DNA from: an uncultured virus (IMG/VR IMGVR_UViG_3300027793_002658)
Lineage: Duplodnaviria > Heunggongvirae > Uroviricota > Caudoviricetes
DNA length: 61,450 bases
Strand: one strand, 5' to 3'
Virus record (IMG/VR): IMGVR_UViG_3300027793_002658
In this document: one piece after another, positions 31,307 through 42,385 of the stretch
Layout: each line of letters begins with the position of its first letter
How positions within the stretch are numbered: position 1 is the first letter of the stretch
The notes under the pieces: generated by a model
Databases searched by the model: none
Seen by the model: only the letters and a program-made list of their open reading frames with translations
Told to the model about the DNA's origin: nothing
Made by a program: the position numbers and the translations under genes

Positions 31307-33286
31307 TTATATTACGGCTCCTTTAACATCATTATCTGGATATTTTAGTTCAAAAACAGATGGATCTAGTGATGGGTAAACAATTTTATTCAATGTTGCT
31401 TGGTCCAAGTTATATTCATGCGGTGAGTAATCACCGTCATTCATTGTTAAATTTTTAAACTTGATTTCTACCACAGATTGAACACCTTCTACTTTTGCAA
31501 TCTCAAGTTCCAATTGACTAATATTAATTGGTTGATTAAAAGTCCATTTATCAATAACAAAAAAATCTTTTACTTTTTGAATACATATATTCAAAACATC
31601 ACGCTTATTATAGTTGTTAAATACAGATATTTTAAAGTCTACACCAAAATTAATAATATATCCATCGATAATGTTGATACCATCTGTTAAAAGTTTATAT
31701 TTTTCTAAATATTTACGTAAATTGTATAATAGTGCTTCATTAATGCTAGTCAAATTTTTATTTGAATTGTAACTTAACACATACAAATTGATGCTAAACG
31801 GATTGGAAATATCGTAGTTTACTTTACGAAAATAATTGGATACAGCATCATTCAATAATGTAACTTGATCTATATTATCACTAAACCCATTTACATATTT
31901 ATTGATATTTACATTTAAATTTGAATTAGAAACAACGTAAGCTTTTGCAATTGTTCCAAATCTAGGCGGAAGATTATAAATTCTAGAAGTATAATCGTCT
32001 GTTGTGACTGCTCTGTTCTGTGAAGCAAAATACGCAAGTGCATTTTGACGAATTTCGTCTACACTTTCGGAATCTGCGCCGCCAGTCGCAGGCACTGGAT
32101 TAGTTACACGCAGAGAATTTTTAACAGTTTGCATTAATGCCAATTGTGAAGGTGTCAATCCACTTGTATCCGTGGCAAATTCCACTGAGACAATTGTTTT
32201 AATGTCATCCGAGGCACAATTACTCAATACACCGCCACCTACAATATATTTGATAGTGAGTGTAGTATTTGCAGGTGCTTGACCCATACTGTTTGTGTTT
32301 AACAATTTACTACTGTCATACGAAATATTTAAATTAGTAATGTTTTGTAGTCCAATGCCGACCAATTCTTGAGACGGATAAATGATTTCGTCAGACAAAC
32401 TCTCAGTTCCGGGACCAAATTGTAAATATGTTACATTATTTGCATTTGTATTGACTGTAAATTTACGTGAAGTTATAAATGATTTCAGTAATTTTGGCAC
32501 TTCGCTATTATATTGAAATAATACTCCATCGTTTACACTCGTATTTTCTTCTTCTGAAAAAATTAAATCTTGAGCCAAATAATCTACTTGATACCATCTA
32601 TTATTGTCACTGTCTCTTACCTCCAATACATCAATGACATTATTTTCATTTAGCGGAATATTTAAAAACGCTTGTGCATTATTTAAATTAAAACTTGCTA
32701 CAACAATTCTACCTGCAATTGCACGTATTGATTTTTTTAATAAAAAGAATTGTGGTACTCCATAATCATCGCGAGAATATACAGTTGATTCTCTTGGTGA
32801 ATTTTTTGTGTCCACGGCAAAATTTACTGGATCCGTAGTTAAGTAATTTACTCCCGCGCTATTAACTAGTTGCATATATTCGCGCAAAGATAATGCATAT
32901 GTATTGTCAGGTACATATTCTCCTGCGCTATTTTTGATTGATGGAACCAGTTGATAGATATCAATTGTAGTAACTGCGGCTTTGGTTGGTTTGGTTTTAT
33001 AACCAAGATAATTTGCCAACGCAATAACATTTTTGCGCTCGCCGGCATAATTTAACAAACTTTCTTTTAATTGATAATCACCATAGTAGGAAAGAACATC
33101 TCCAACATATGCAGCTTGTTCAATAAACATTGTTCCCGGCGAAGCAGTATTAAAGTCCTTGTATGTATTTGGAAAATATGTCTGTGCATATTGAATTAAT
33201 GCATCTCGAAAAGAATTGAAATCTTTATTAATATACTTCAAATCTTTTTTTCCGGTATTAAATTGTTTTTGAATGATGTCAGCCAT
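31307..33286 (-). CDS. Baseplate wedge subunit (T4 gp6/baseplate J-like)
   Basis: DFN..SPG.MFIE..AYVGDVLSYY; GGAD.ES..EIR; QNRAVT.DDY. Confidence 0.85.
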   Translation of the reverse strand: MADIIQKQFNTGKKDLKYINKDFNSFRDALIQYAQTYFPNTYKDFNTASPGTMFIEQAAYVGDVLSYYGDYQLKESLLNYAGERKNVIALANYLGYKTKPTKAAVTTIDIYQLVPSIKNSAGEYVPDNTYALSLREYMQLVNSAGVNYLTTDPVNFAVDTKNSPRESTVYSRDDYGVPQFFLLKKSIRAIAGRIVVASFNLNNAQAFLNIPLNENNVIDVLEVRDSDNNRWYQVDYLAQDLIFSEEENTSVNDGVLFQYNSEVPKLLKSFITSRKFTVNTNANNVTYLQFGPGTESLSDEIIYPSQELVGIGLQNITNLNISYDSSKLLNTNSMGQAPANTTLTIKYIVGGGVLSNCASDDIKTIVSVEFATDTSGLTPSQLALMQTVKNSLRVTNPVPATGGADSESVDEIRQNALAYFASQNRAVTTDDYTSRIYNLPPRFGTIAKAYVVSNSNLNVNINKYVNGFSDNIDQVTLLNDAVSNYFRKVNYDISNPFSINLYVLSYNSNKNLTSINEALLYNLRKYLEKYKLLTDGINIIDGYIINFGVDFKISVFNNYNKRDVLNICIQKVKDFFVIDKWTFNQPINISQLELEIAKVEGVQSVVEIKFKNLTMNDGDYSPHEYNLDQATLNKIVYPSLDPSVFELKYPDNDVKGAVI

Positions 33287-33289
33287 ACA

Positions 33290-33685
33290 TTATAAATTAT
33301 TAGACGTAAATTCCATAGACACAGAATCTGTTTGTTGATTAACACTAAATATAATTTTTAGATATACTTTATAAGTATCAGTGAGCATGTTTTTTTCACT
33401 ATTCGATATATTTAAATTTATATTTTCTACTGTTACACCCGGTATCCACATATTTATTTTGTTTTCAATAATACGTTTTATTAAATCGGGGGTATTTTGC
33501 AAATTTTGCTCAAACAATGCTTCTTGTAATCCAGAAGAAAATTGAGGTTGCATTCTTCGTTCACCACTATTGGTACGTAAAAGATTAATAATGTTACTTT
33601 TGATCTGTGTCATTGTATCATATGACTGATCAAAATATCCATTATTTCCTCTAGTTAAAGGTAATACTAGTCCAATAGGTTTCAT
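33290..33685 (-). CDS. Baseplate gp25/GPW-like protein
   Basis: QIKSNIINLLRTNSGERRMQPQF..GL...LFE. Confidence 0.85.
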   Translation of the reverse strand: MKPIGLVLPLTRGNNGYFDQSYDTMTQIKSNIINLLRTNSGERRMQPQFSSGLQEALFEQNLQNTPDLIKRIIENKINMWIPGVTVENINLNISNSEKNMLTDTYKVYLKIIFSVNQQTDSVSMEFTSNNL

Positions 33686-33687
33686 AA

Positions 33688-34227
33688 TTAATCAATTGTA
33701 CTAAAGTCATTTGGTACGCCGCCCTCAATACTTAGTCCGCCAATGCTGCCTCCACCAAACGGTCCTTGTTTTTTCTTTACATCGACTGCTTTCATCAATT
33801 TACGATAATCTTTAAATACGCCAAGTTCAGCTTGCGCTTTAGTTGTCTCATTTAAAACTGGAGATACGGGTGCCTGAATATTCAATGGTTGTGTACCTTG
33901 TTTAAAGTTTATTTGTTGCATTTGACTACCAAATGAAACGTCTTGTGGAACACCATCTTCTGTTTCATTCAACACTTGGTTTAATAATGGATTGTTAGTA
34001 AATTTCTTTGGTTGTTTTGGTTTCGGTGCCGCTGGAATTGGACTTCCCGCCATCTCATTTTTTAAGCTTTCAAAAAAATCTTCGTTATTGGTTTCAATCA
34101 ATTTTGGTTTGACAGACTTACCAGATAATGCTTCAGCAACAATCTGAGGCACCAACACAGGTAATGATTTTTTAATTTCTTCTTGCACAATTGCTCGTAC
34201 TAATTGTTTGAATTGTTCTGCTTTCAT
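33688..34227 (-). CDS. Hypothetical protein
   Basis: 179-aa ORF. Confidence 0.6.
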   Translation of the reverse strand: MKAEQFKQLVRAIVQEEIKKSLPVLVPQIVAEALSGKSVKPKLIETNNEDFFESLKNEMAGSPIPAAPKPKQPKKFTNNPLLNQVLNETEDGVPQDVSFGSQMQQINFKQGTQPLNIQAPVSPVLNETTKAQAELGVFKDYRKLMKAVDVKKKQGPFGGGSIGGLSIEGGVPNDFSTID

Positions 34228-34262
34228 AAGATTATATAATAACTATCGTGAATACAATGGTT

Positions 34263-35861
34263 TTATTTATTTAATTTTCTACTATTTTTACCGAAAAATC
34301 CTCCCGGCACACCATTTCCATTACGTGTATTAATAGAAACTGGCTCGACTTTACTATCTGTATTTACTGGCTTTACTCCATTTGCACCCGGTGCATATCC
34401 ACCACCAGTAACAAATACTCTTCTACTTAACAATGGTTCCAACCGAGATTGCAATGCCTCCAATTGGACAATTTGAACTGGTTTTTGTGTTTGATTTGGT
34501 TCAGCACCTCCAGCATCTGGATGGCTATGATTATACCAATGAGTATGCGCTTTTAACCATTCACACAAATCGTACAACCAATCAAGTGTTGTTTGTCCCA
34601 ATAATACAGGTTCATTGGTTTGATCATACTGCCCTAAATAAATCGCAGGACTATTGATGACAGTTTTTTTGTTGGTAGTAATAACAATTTGATCATGTGC
34701 ATCTAATGTGTATTCGCTATCTGTAACAATACCATATCGTTTTTTACTGTAATGAAAAGTTTCTTCAAATCTACTACTAAAAATTAGTCGATCTGTTTGT
34801 ATAACAATTTGATCCCCTGTGTATTTTGGTTTTGTAAATTCGGTGGCATCCTTTGGAGAAAACAATGGCTGTTCTTCATTTATTTCTTTACAAAATATTG
34901 TTTTATACACTGTGGTTTTCCATCCACTTTCTGTTAATCCCGACGTAATATGTATACTACTACCATCGTTATTAATGTCTTCTTCTATAATACCACCGGC
35001 ATTTTTTTCCAAATTTGTTATTTTTGGAATAGGATTTAACAACGGATGTAGTGGTCTATCTCGTTTTTCATCACCAAGTGGGCGTTGACGATTTCTAATC
35101 AATATCATTGGATTGCCCGTATTTTTATAATCTGGATATCTTGGATCGCCTATATCATTTTTTCGTAAAGCATCATATGATGAAAAACGAATAGATTGCC
35201 CATGACGACTTTCAATCGTAAGATCACCTTCAAATTTACGCACGGCACGTATTTTATTATTTGCATTAAAATAAGCACCCATTCTTCCACTATTATTTGC
35301 GTTTTTTACAGAAATCGGCCCTGTATATGATATTGGTCCCTCAATTGGAATGCTTTTGTTAATATTTTGAAAATCATCTTGTCGATTGCCAGAAGTATTA
35401 CCTTCTGTTTTTTCAACATTAAAATTAACATTATTATTAACAAATCCATTAATATTCAACTTACGAAAATAATACCACTCATTTCTATATTTTGCTACCG
35501 TTACAATTTCATTTAACAATGGATACTCAATCAACCCAGTCGAATGTGCTGGTTTTGCCCAAGATAATGATTCTTTAGGTAAATTGATTTGTGAATGTAG
35601 TAATCTAAAACAAACACGACCAATATAGCTATAATTTTTATCTTTTGGATTAGCCGGTTCGTCTTTATAATTATCGGGCCATTGATTTACAATAAGATTT
35701 TTAATTTCTGGATGTGTTTCATCATAAATTACATCAAGTACAACAGCTTCTTCGAATTCATAAAATTCTGAAAGTTGTGCAAACGAATCGTTTGTGCGAA
35801 ATCCAGCCTCATGAATTCTAGAACTATTACCAATATCACGTTTTATGTTCCAATATGACAT
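34263..35861 (-). CDS. Baseplate hub/central spike-like protein
   Basis: YPLLNE, EGD..IESRHGQSIRF; C-terminal HTHWYNHSH (HxH) tip-like motif; near gp25. Confidence 0.6.
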   Translation of the reverse strand: MSYWNIKRDIGNSSRIHEAGFRTNDSFAQLSEFYEFEEAVVLDVIYDETHPEIKNLIVNQWPDNYKDEPANPKDKNYSYIGRVCFRLLHSQINLPKESLSWAKPAHSTGLIEYPLLNEIVTVAKYRNEWYYFRKLNINGFVNNNVNFNVEKTEGNTSGNRQDDFQNINKSIPIEGPISYTGPISVKNANNSGRMGAYFNANNKIRAVRKFEGDLTIESRHGQSIRFSSYDALRKNDIGDPRYPDYKNTGNPMILIRNRQRPLGDEKRDRPLHPLLNPIPKITNLEKNAGGIIEEDINNDGSSIHITSGLTESGWKTTVYKTIFCKEINEEQPLFSPKDATEFTKPKYTGDQIVIQTDRLIFSSRFEETFHYSKKRYGIVTDSEYTLDAHDQIVITTNKKTVINSPAIYLGQYDQTNEPVLLGQTTLDWLYDLCEWLKAHTHWYNHSHPDAGGAEPNQTQKPVQIVQLEALQSRLEPLLSRRVFVTGGGYAPGANGVKPVNTDSKVEPVSINTRNGNGVPGGFFGKNSRKLNK

Positions 35862-35862
35862 A

Positions 35863-36231
35863 TTATTTGTCCTTATTTGGTAAAGGTTTAGTAACTTCCT
35901 TTGCAATTGTATTCGCTTCCTCCATCAATTGTTTGCGTTCTTCTTCACTTAATCCGAACGCACCCTCACCTTCTTTTCCAGCACTATTAGAAGCCAATCT
36001 TTGAACAATTGCAGCCAATTTTACCAACTGTTCGTCATTTTTAACAGTGACATCAAGATACTCTTTTATCAATGGAATAATAATAATAGCATCATTTGGC
36101 GTTTTGACCATGATACGAAGATCATCAATTAGTTTCTGAATAGTATCATTACGATCTTCGCTGTTCACCACAATATCCTTCAACAAAGAAGAAAATTTCT
36201 TTCCTTTATAAATTTCAAATTCAAAGTCCAT
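35863..36231 (-). CDS. Conserved-looking hypothetical phage protein
   Basis: PLIKEYLDV.VKNDEQLVKLA.IVQR. Confidence 0.6.
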   Translation of the reverse strand: MDFEFEIYKGKKFSSLLKDIVVNSEDRNDTIQKLIDDLRIMVKTPNDAIIIIPLIKEYLDVTVKNDEQLVKLAAIVQRLASNSAGKEGEGAFGLSEEERKQLMEEANTIAKEVTKPLPNKDK

Positions 36232-36243
36232 AATTAATAAATA

Positions 36244-37170
36244 TTACATTTTATAAGTATTAGTTTGTAAAATACCATTATTTATGTAAGATTTGGTAAT
36301 ATTGGTTTGATACTGCTTCATCTTATTAATTACTTTGGTAATTTGTTGGGTTTTACATGAGCTAATTTCTCTAATGTAAAGATATAACGCTTTCTTATTA
36401 AAAGCATCAATTCGATCACTGTTTCGAAACAATTCAATAACAGCATTCGCAATATTTAAATCTTTTTGTTTGGTAAAAATTTTACCAACATGCTTTTCCC
36501 AATAATCAATCATCATTTTCATAAATTCTGACATTTCAGTGTTCTTATAATATGAATCTTCAACTTGTAGACATACTGTGGTTTCGCTTGGTGTGTCGCT
36601 AATGTCTACATTTTGTTTGAAACGTTTATAATTATTATTATTATGAAAAATTAAATAGTGCTTCGCAACAATACTAAAATAACCAAATGCCTTGCCTTTG
36701 TCTTGTTGATACTTGTTTAAGTTGGCAACCAAGTGTGCAACCGTTTCTTTCTGAATTTCTAATGGAGATGTTTCAAAATAAGTAAACTTAAATGTATTAA
36801 ATATATTTTCTACCAATTTTTCAAAACTATATTTAATACGCTCGTTGTAAATAGTATTTCGTTTATCAATATCCTCTTCTTGATTGTATTCAATAACTGC
36901 GTTTTCTGTATCTTGTGTAAAATACATGATCGGCGGCTTTTTTGCTTTCTTTTCTTTTACTTGCAATTCTTCTGCCTCTAAAATGATTTCAGGAACCTCA
37001 ATTTTAATATTGGGTTCTTTGTTAATTTTCATTTTAGACTTATTTGTCTTTTTTATTGTTTTTCTAGGCGCTGTCTTGATTTTAGAAACTTTGCCTATTT
37101 TTTTGACTTTATTTTTTGGTGCTAGTTTTGACTTTTTTTTATTATTACGCTTCTTTATGGTTTTTATCAT
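36244..37170 (-). CDS. Probable late-transcription sigma factor (gp55-like) with a basic N-terminal tail
   Basis: YFT...AVIEYN; KYQQDKGKAFGYFSIVAK resembles sigma region 2 of gp55-like proteins. Confidence 0.55.
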   Translation of the reverse strand: MIKTIKKRNNKKKSKLAPKNKVKKIGKVSKIKTAPRKTIKKTNKSKMKINKEPNIKIEVPEIILEAEELQVKEKKAKKPPIMYFTQDTENAVIEYNQEEDIDKRNTIYNERIKYSFEKLVENIFNTFKFTYFETSPLEIQKETVAHLVANLNKYQQDKGKAFGYFSIVAKHYLIFHNNNNYKRFKQNVDISDTPSETTVCLQVEDSYYKNTEMSEFMKMMIDYWEKHVGKIFTKQKDLNIANAVIELFRNSDRIDAFNKKALYLYIREISSCKTQQITKVINKMKQYQTNITKSYINNGILQTNTYKM

Positions 37171-37430
37171 AATTGAGATTTTAATTTTTCTATCAGCTTA
37201 ACAATGTTTGAAAAAACAAAGCCAACATCATCGTCTTTTTCAAACATCTGCTTGTCATCAATCAATTTTAACTTATTGTAAGTAATATTGATTGCATTTT
37301 CAATATCAGAAATCCATTGTTCATACTGTTCATTTTTATCAATGCTACGATTCAACATGGCACCAAAATAAACGTTTACTCCAATAGATGTTAGTAATAA
37401 TACACCTAATATAACAATTGTCAATATCAT
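37167..37430 (-). CDS. Small membrane protein
   Basis: N-terminal hydrophobic helix; FEKDDDVG. Confidence 0.6.
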   Translation of the reverse strand: MILTIVILGVLLLTSIGVNVYFGAMLNRSIDKNEQYEQWISDIENAINITYNKLKLIDDKQMFEKDDDVGFVFSNIVKLIEKLKSQL

Positions 37431-37444
37431 ATATTTATTTTATT

Positions 37445-37588
37445 TTACTCTTCTTCGTCATCATCTTCCGATGATTGTTCACAAAAATCAGAGAGATAAT
37501 CAATAGCTTCTTCTACCATTGACCAATCTTCTAATTTATATGCCTGTTTTAGTAATTTTTTTACTTCTTGAATATCAGATTCTTCCAT
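37445..37588 (-). CDS. Small acidic protein (47 aa, not in ORF track)
   Basis: MEESDIQEVKKLLKQAYKLEDWSMVEEAIDYLSDFCEQSSEDDDEEE* fills the gap. Confidence 0.55.
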   Translation of the reverse strand: MEESDIQEVKKLLKQAYKLEDWSMVEEAIDYLSDFCEQSSEDDDEEE

Positions 37589-37647
37589 ATATAGTTTATT
37601 CAACTGTTATCTATATATAACCAATTTTCTGAAAAGCAATAAAATAT

Positions 37648-38640
37648 TTAAAAACTGAAAGGATATGGCTTTGAACTTGGTTGGGGAGGTGCAACGACCG
37701 GTGTAGGTGTAACCGTCAGTTCTTCTGATTTAATAGTACTAGATTCCGGTATAATATTTGATGCATCAGATTCTGTCTTCGGCACAGTACTATCAGGTAC
37801 TACCTCATCGGGTTTATTTGGATCAACAATTAATTTTTCTTTAGATTTACTATCGGTAGACTCATTTGAAATTGCAGTATTATAAGCCAATAACAAGCAT
37901 ACTGCCAATGGATCAAATACAGAAATTAATGCTACAATAAACCACTTTACTACTTTATTTATATTGACGCCCAATTCATCCGCAACGAATTTAAAAGTTT
38001 GCACATCTTTTTTAGATCCACTTTCTAATTTTAGATTTGTGATTTGTTGGTCTAATTGCTGCAATTCATCAGTTGATTTTTGAATTTTTCCAGTTTCGGT
38101 TTCCAAATCTCGGTCACTCTGTTCGATAAGTTCTTGTGTTTGTTGTTGAACTTGTCTTAATTGAATAGGATTTCTCGCAATTAAAGTGTTTGTCATACTT
38201 TGTGACAAACGCAATTCTTGACTATTACGTAGCTGAGTAACATTTAAAATTCTATTTTTTGAAGTGGAAATTTTTTCTCTAATTAATATTTTTTGTTCTT
38301 CAATTAATTGAATTTTTTGTTCAATTAACTGAGTTTCAAGACTGGATTGTTGATATGCACTACTAAGATATCCAAAAATTCCTAACGAAGTAATAATCAT
38401 CAATACAATAACAGATGTTGTTAAATATAATTTTAAAAATGTTTTTGTTTTATTCCAATAGCGATATAAAAAACTAGTCGCGACCAATTTACCAAGTTCC
38501 AAAGAACTTGCCATAATCATCGCAGCAATTGCAGATCCACTAAACAACATTCCAATACCAACAATACTAAAAAATGCCGCACATGATGCGATAAATAAAG
38601 AACTGAAGCCTAATAAACGCTCAAAATTGATAAATTTCAT
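37648..38640 (-). CDS. Membrane protein with coiled coil
   Basis: Three N-terminal TM helices, coiled coil, FDPLAV TM. Confidence 0.7.
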   Translation of the reverse strand: MKFINFERLLGFSSLFIASCAAFFSIVGIGMLFSGSAIAAMIMASSLELGKLVATSFLYRYWNKTKTFLKLYLTTSVIVLMIITSLGIFGYLSSAYQQSSLETQLIEQKIQLIEEQKILIREKISTSKNRILNVTQLRNSQELRLSQSMTNTLIARNPIQLRQVQQQTQELIEQSDRDLETETGKIQKSTDELQQLDQQITNLKLESGSKKDVQTFKFVADELGVNINKVVKWFIVALISVFDPLAVCLLLAYNTAISNESTDSKSKEKLIVDPNKPDEVVPDSTVPKTESDASNIIPESSTIKSEELTVTPTPVVAPPQPSSKPYPFSF

Positions 38641-38679
38641 AAATAATATATATTAAAAATACAAAATTTATTATTAAAT

Positions 38680-39615
38680 TTATTCTATAGGATTTGGAGG
38701 TAACTGATTATCTAATGTATACTCGCTAATGTATTTATCGGCAAATCGAAGACCTGCATATGCTTCATAATCTGCTACTGTTCTTATATTACCAAATACA
38801 TTTGTAATTTTATCAGATGTATTCTCCATTCCAAATAAAATTCTATGTTTCTTGGTTGATTTAGCATCATGTTCCCACCAAGATTGATTTATATTATTTC
38901 CACTTTTGACATTATCATCCCAGTGAGTAGGACGATATGTTCTTTTGTATTGATGCCATGCAATTAATTTATGCGGATGATATAGATCATATCCATGTGT
39001 AAATCCACGAACAGCAATATTTGTTTCTTCGCCATAAAAATAGTAATCGGGATCATGTGGAACTAATTTGCAAAAGTTACCATCTGTAAATGCAAAATGA
39101 GCACTGTAAAATCGCGCAGGTATAGGTGCTGTTAATTTATCTATATTCAAAATCGGTTCGGGCACAAAAAATAATGGACCCTCATCCATAAATTTGTCTA
39201 ACCGCATCTGCCATACTTCATGTAAATATTCTTCAGTCAACGCATCATAGTTTGGAAGATATGTGGTTAATAAAGGGAGATCACTTCCCATATTTTTACA
39301 TTGTTGATACATTTGTAACAACAAACTATCCCATCCTTTTACGAATCTATGATGACTATCCAAATGAAGTGTATATTCTTCATTATTATATTTTTGTTGA
39401 ATTAAATTACGTGCCCAACAAACTCCTTTACTATCAACATAAGGAATATCAATATATTCTATTAAATGTTTTATAGGGTCAATAGATTCTAAATCATCAT
39501 GCTGCCATGCCACGACAATACGTAATTGAGTTGGATCATCAGCTTTTTCAACCAAATCCAAAACAGTAGGTATTAATTCGGGATCTCTATAACTCGCTAT
39601 TTGAACAAAAATCAT
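38680..39615 (-). CDS. GlcNAc-transferase (GT60-like)
   Basis: IFVQIASYRD, GVCWAR, LDSHHRF..GWD, F.GEE. Confidence 0.8.
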   Translation of the reverse strand: MIFVQIASYRDPELIPTVLDLVEKADDPTQLRIVVAWQHDDLESIDPIKHLIEYIDIPYVDSKGVCWARNLIQQKYNNEEYTLHLDSHHRFVKGWDSLLLQMYQQCKNMGSDLPLLTTYLPNYDALTEEYLHEVWQMRLDKFMDEGPLFFVPEPILNIDKLTAPIPARFYSAHFAFTDGNFCKLVPHDPDYYFYGEETNIAVRGFTHGYDLYHPHKLIAWHQYKRTYRPTHWDDNVKSGNNINQSWWEHDAKSTKKHRILFGMENTSDKITNVFGNIRTVADYEAYAGLRFADKYISEYTLDNQLPPNPIE

Positions 39616-39944
39616 GGATATAACGACGACGGATACGCAACAACGGCAGATACATCGCCCGGCAAAGATTCTATTGTAACATCATAAATAACACTGTTAA
39701 CAGTTACATTGACAACTGTTGCAGCAACAGTTGCATTTGAAACATATGAATTAACAACAGATATCATAGCTGTTTTTGCATCGGCAGAAAGCGATGTGCT
39801 TGCGTTAATTTGAGAATTTAAATTTGATTTTACAGTTGCTGCATTCCATGAAAAACTGTAATATGAAAAAATTCCAGAACCTGCTCCACCTCCACCTCCA
39901 CCGCTTGAAGCAGTTATAGCATTCCAATATGCAAAACCAATCAT
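39612..39944 (-). CDS. Hypothetical protein
   Basis: ORF following the fibre gene. Confidence 0.55.
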   Translation of the reverse strand: MIGFAYWNAITASSGGGGGGAGSGIFSYYSFSWNAATVKSNLNSQINASTSLSADAKTAMISVVNSYVSNATVAATVVNVTVNSVIYDVTIESLPGDVSAVVAYPSSLYP

Positions 39945-39947
39945 ATA

Positions 39948-41258
39948 TTAATACATGTTTTGCACAGCAGTTGCATATATCACTGTGTTGTTTGGTGCTG
40001 TAGATCCACTTGGTCCCAATGTAGATGTGTTCACGGCAATAAATGTGAAAAAATCTGCTCTGTTTAAAGTACCGGTTGTAATTGCTGGTTGAACACCATT
40101 TCTCCACACAATAGGACAGTCATAATATATACTACCACTATAAAGTGCTCCTTTAAACATTAAACTTGCGGTTGGAGTAGTTGCTGCTTGATTAACAACT
40201 ACATTTAATTGTTGACCACGACTCATTGTTATAGATGCAGTTCCGTGGTTATTCAATTGAAGAAATCTAGTTGCTGCACTGGAAGCATCCAAGTATAGAG
40301 TTTCTTGAGCAGTTGCAATTCCATCGTAGTCTGCGCTTTTTAACGTAACTCCACCATTAACTATCAACTCATTTCCAATATAAGTTTTTCCACTGCTACT
40401 TACACAAAAAGTTGTGTCAAGGCTACTGCTGCCATAACGAACTTCAATAGCTTTTTGTATATGATATGTTTGAGGATTGCTTACACTACTACCACTGTAT
40501 ACGTTAATTAAGAAACGAGTGTCTGTGTTTGCCGTTCCTGAATCTACACCTACATTAAATGTACCATCACGGGATATTGACTGTGCTCCTACCAAAGGCC
40601 ACATATATATTCCATTACCAGCAATACGCATTGCACGAATTGTACCATTACCATCTGGATCATTACCTTGTTTACTTATTAATTGATTTGATCCACTGTA
40701 TGTTATCAAATCAAGCATGCCTCTTGCGCCTCCTGTATTTTCAGTTCCGCATGCCAATGCCCATGCGTCTGATGCACTATACATGCTTTGCATACTATAT
40801 CCACAGTTGAATGTACCACGGGCATTAAAAAATGCCTGTCCGTTTTCAATTGCAATATTTTTATAACTTGAAACGTATCCTAATGATGCTGTGTAATATA
40901 TACTTGAATCGCCTAACACCGTCGTACCGGTCCATATAGGTAAATAATTTACAGTTCCGTTACCGGCTATAATTCCCGCACTACCAGATAAATAACTAGC
41001 AGTTAACGCATAACTGGCACTAATAGTATTTCTAGAATAACTTGACGTAATTGCATAACTTGAGCTAATAGAATTATTTGCCCAACTTGAAGTGCCAATT
41101 AAAGATCCTGAAAAACTACCAGTAGACAATAGTGTTTGCAATTGTCCGAGTGTAGCACGATATGTTAGTAAACTACTACTTCTGTCAATTGGAAAAAAAT
41201 CTTCCGTTTTTAACAGCGCCGGAAATGTATTTAATTCGCTTATTTTAATAGTTGACAT
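39948..41258 (-). CDS. Tail-fibre-like protein
   Basis: KISEL N-terminus, SSSYA/SASYA repeats. Confidence 0.6.
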   Translation of the reverse strand: MSTIKISELNTFPALLKTEDFFPIDRSSSLLTYRATLGQLQTLLSTGSFSGSLIGTSSWANNSISSSYAITSSYSRNTISASYALTASYLSGSAGIIAGNGTVNYLPIWTGTTVLGDSSIYYTASLGYVSSYKNIAIENGQAFFNARGTFNCGYSMQSMYSASDAWALACGTENTGGARGMLDLITYSGSNQLISKQGNDPDGNGTIRAMRIAGNGIYMWPLVGAQSISRDGTFNVGVDSGTANTDTRFLINVYSGSSVSNPQTYHIQKAIEVRYGSSSLDTTFCVSSSGKTYIGNELIVNGGVTLKSADYDGIATAQETLYLDASSAATRFLQLNNHGTASITMSRGQQLNVVVNQAATTPTASLMFKGALYSGSIYYDCPIVWRNGVQPAITTGTLNRADFFTFIAVNTSTLGPSGSTAPNNTVIYATAVQNMY

Positions 41259-41261
41259 AGA

Positions 41262-42356
41262 TTATTTCCAAGTTCTAATTTTAATTTTCCATTTTGTAGG
41301 ATCTAAATTGACGCGACCGCCAGTTTTTGCATGCGCATATACTCCACCGATCCAATTAGCCCATGATATACCAACTTGAGTTGAATTTGTCCAAACAGTT
41401 GTAATTGGACGTTCATCATCGGCTCCTCCTGAATCATCATGTAATTGTTCAACACTAATTTCATCATTTACCGCATATCCTTGATCAATTACTTGACATA
41501 TTAAAGTCACACGCACAAGTGAAGGAGTTGCTGCAAATCCATGGTTTACCGCATAATAAATATTAACATATGAGTTTAATGTTGACGGACTTGTTGCTGA
41601 ATAATAAATACTTGAGTCCAATCCGGCAAATCCACTTCCACCAATAGTTCCTGCTGCGCTCGCTGCATATGAAGATGTTGTAGAATAACTAGAACTTAAT
41701 GAATAACTTGATGATATGCTTGACGATGCTCTGCTAGAAGAAACTGCAAAACTAGATGTACCTACAAATCCTACAGCATTTGTCACACTTGATGTAAATG
41801 TTGTTGCAGATACACCACCGACAACAGTCAATAAATTATTATTGGTAGTATCCCATGATAAATTATTAGTGCCAGCAAATGTTCCTGCGGGTGAGCGATA
41901 TTGAATATTTCCTGTTGCTCCACCTGCGGTTGTTGTTGTAGCAGCAGAAATAACAACTACATTAGGATCAAGAGAATCATTGGCAATTGTTATATTTGAG
42001 CCTTGTCCTATTTTTTTAAATCTCAAATCTACGCCTACTTTGTCGGAAACTAATCCATAGCCGTATGAGCCAGTGTTCGATGCAGTATTTACTTCACCTG
42101 TATTTGGTGAATATGAAGCAGTCAGTGCATTTGTTGCCCAGCTACTCGTACCACTCAAAGAACCTATAAAACTACCAGTAAAACTACCTGTATATGCTCC
42201 TCCAATACTAGTAACATATTGACTCAATTCAAGTGCTGTGATTTTTTTAGTTTCTTGATTTGCAACATCTGTAATAAACAACAAATCTGTGCCGCTGGAT
42301 GCTGATAATTCAGCGGCACTATAACTAGTCAAATCGGTAATCTTTTTACTGGACAT
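41262..42356 (-). CDS. Tail-fibre-like protein
   Basis: KKITDL N-terminus, TGSF/SSSYA repeats, HG...P C-terminal domain. Confidence 0.6.
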   Translation of the reverse strand: MSSKKITDLTSYSAAELSASSGTDLLFITDVANQETKKITALELSQYVTSIGGAYTGSFTGSFIGSLSGTSSWATNALTASYSPNTGEVNTASNTGSYGYGLVSDKVGVDLRFKKIGQGSNITIANDSLDPNVVVISAATTTTAGGATGNIQYRSPAGTFAGTNNLSWDTTNNNLLTVVGGVSATTFTSSVTNAVGFVGTSSFAVSSSRASSSISSSYSLSSSYSTTSSYAASAAGTIGGSGFAGLDSSIYYSATSPSTLNSYVNIYYAVNHGFAATPSLVRVTLICQVIDQGYAVNDEISVEQLHDDSGGADDERPITTVWTNSTQVGISWANWIGGVYAHAKTGGRVNLDPTKWKIKIRTWK

Positions 42357-42385
42357 ATACTTTTAATATATATAAGTATATTTAA

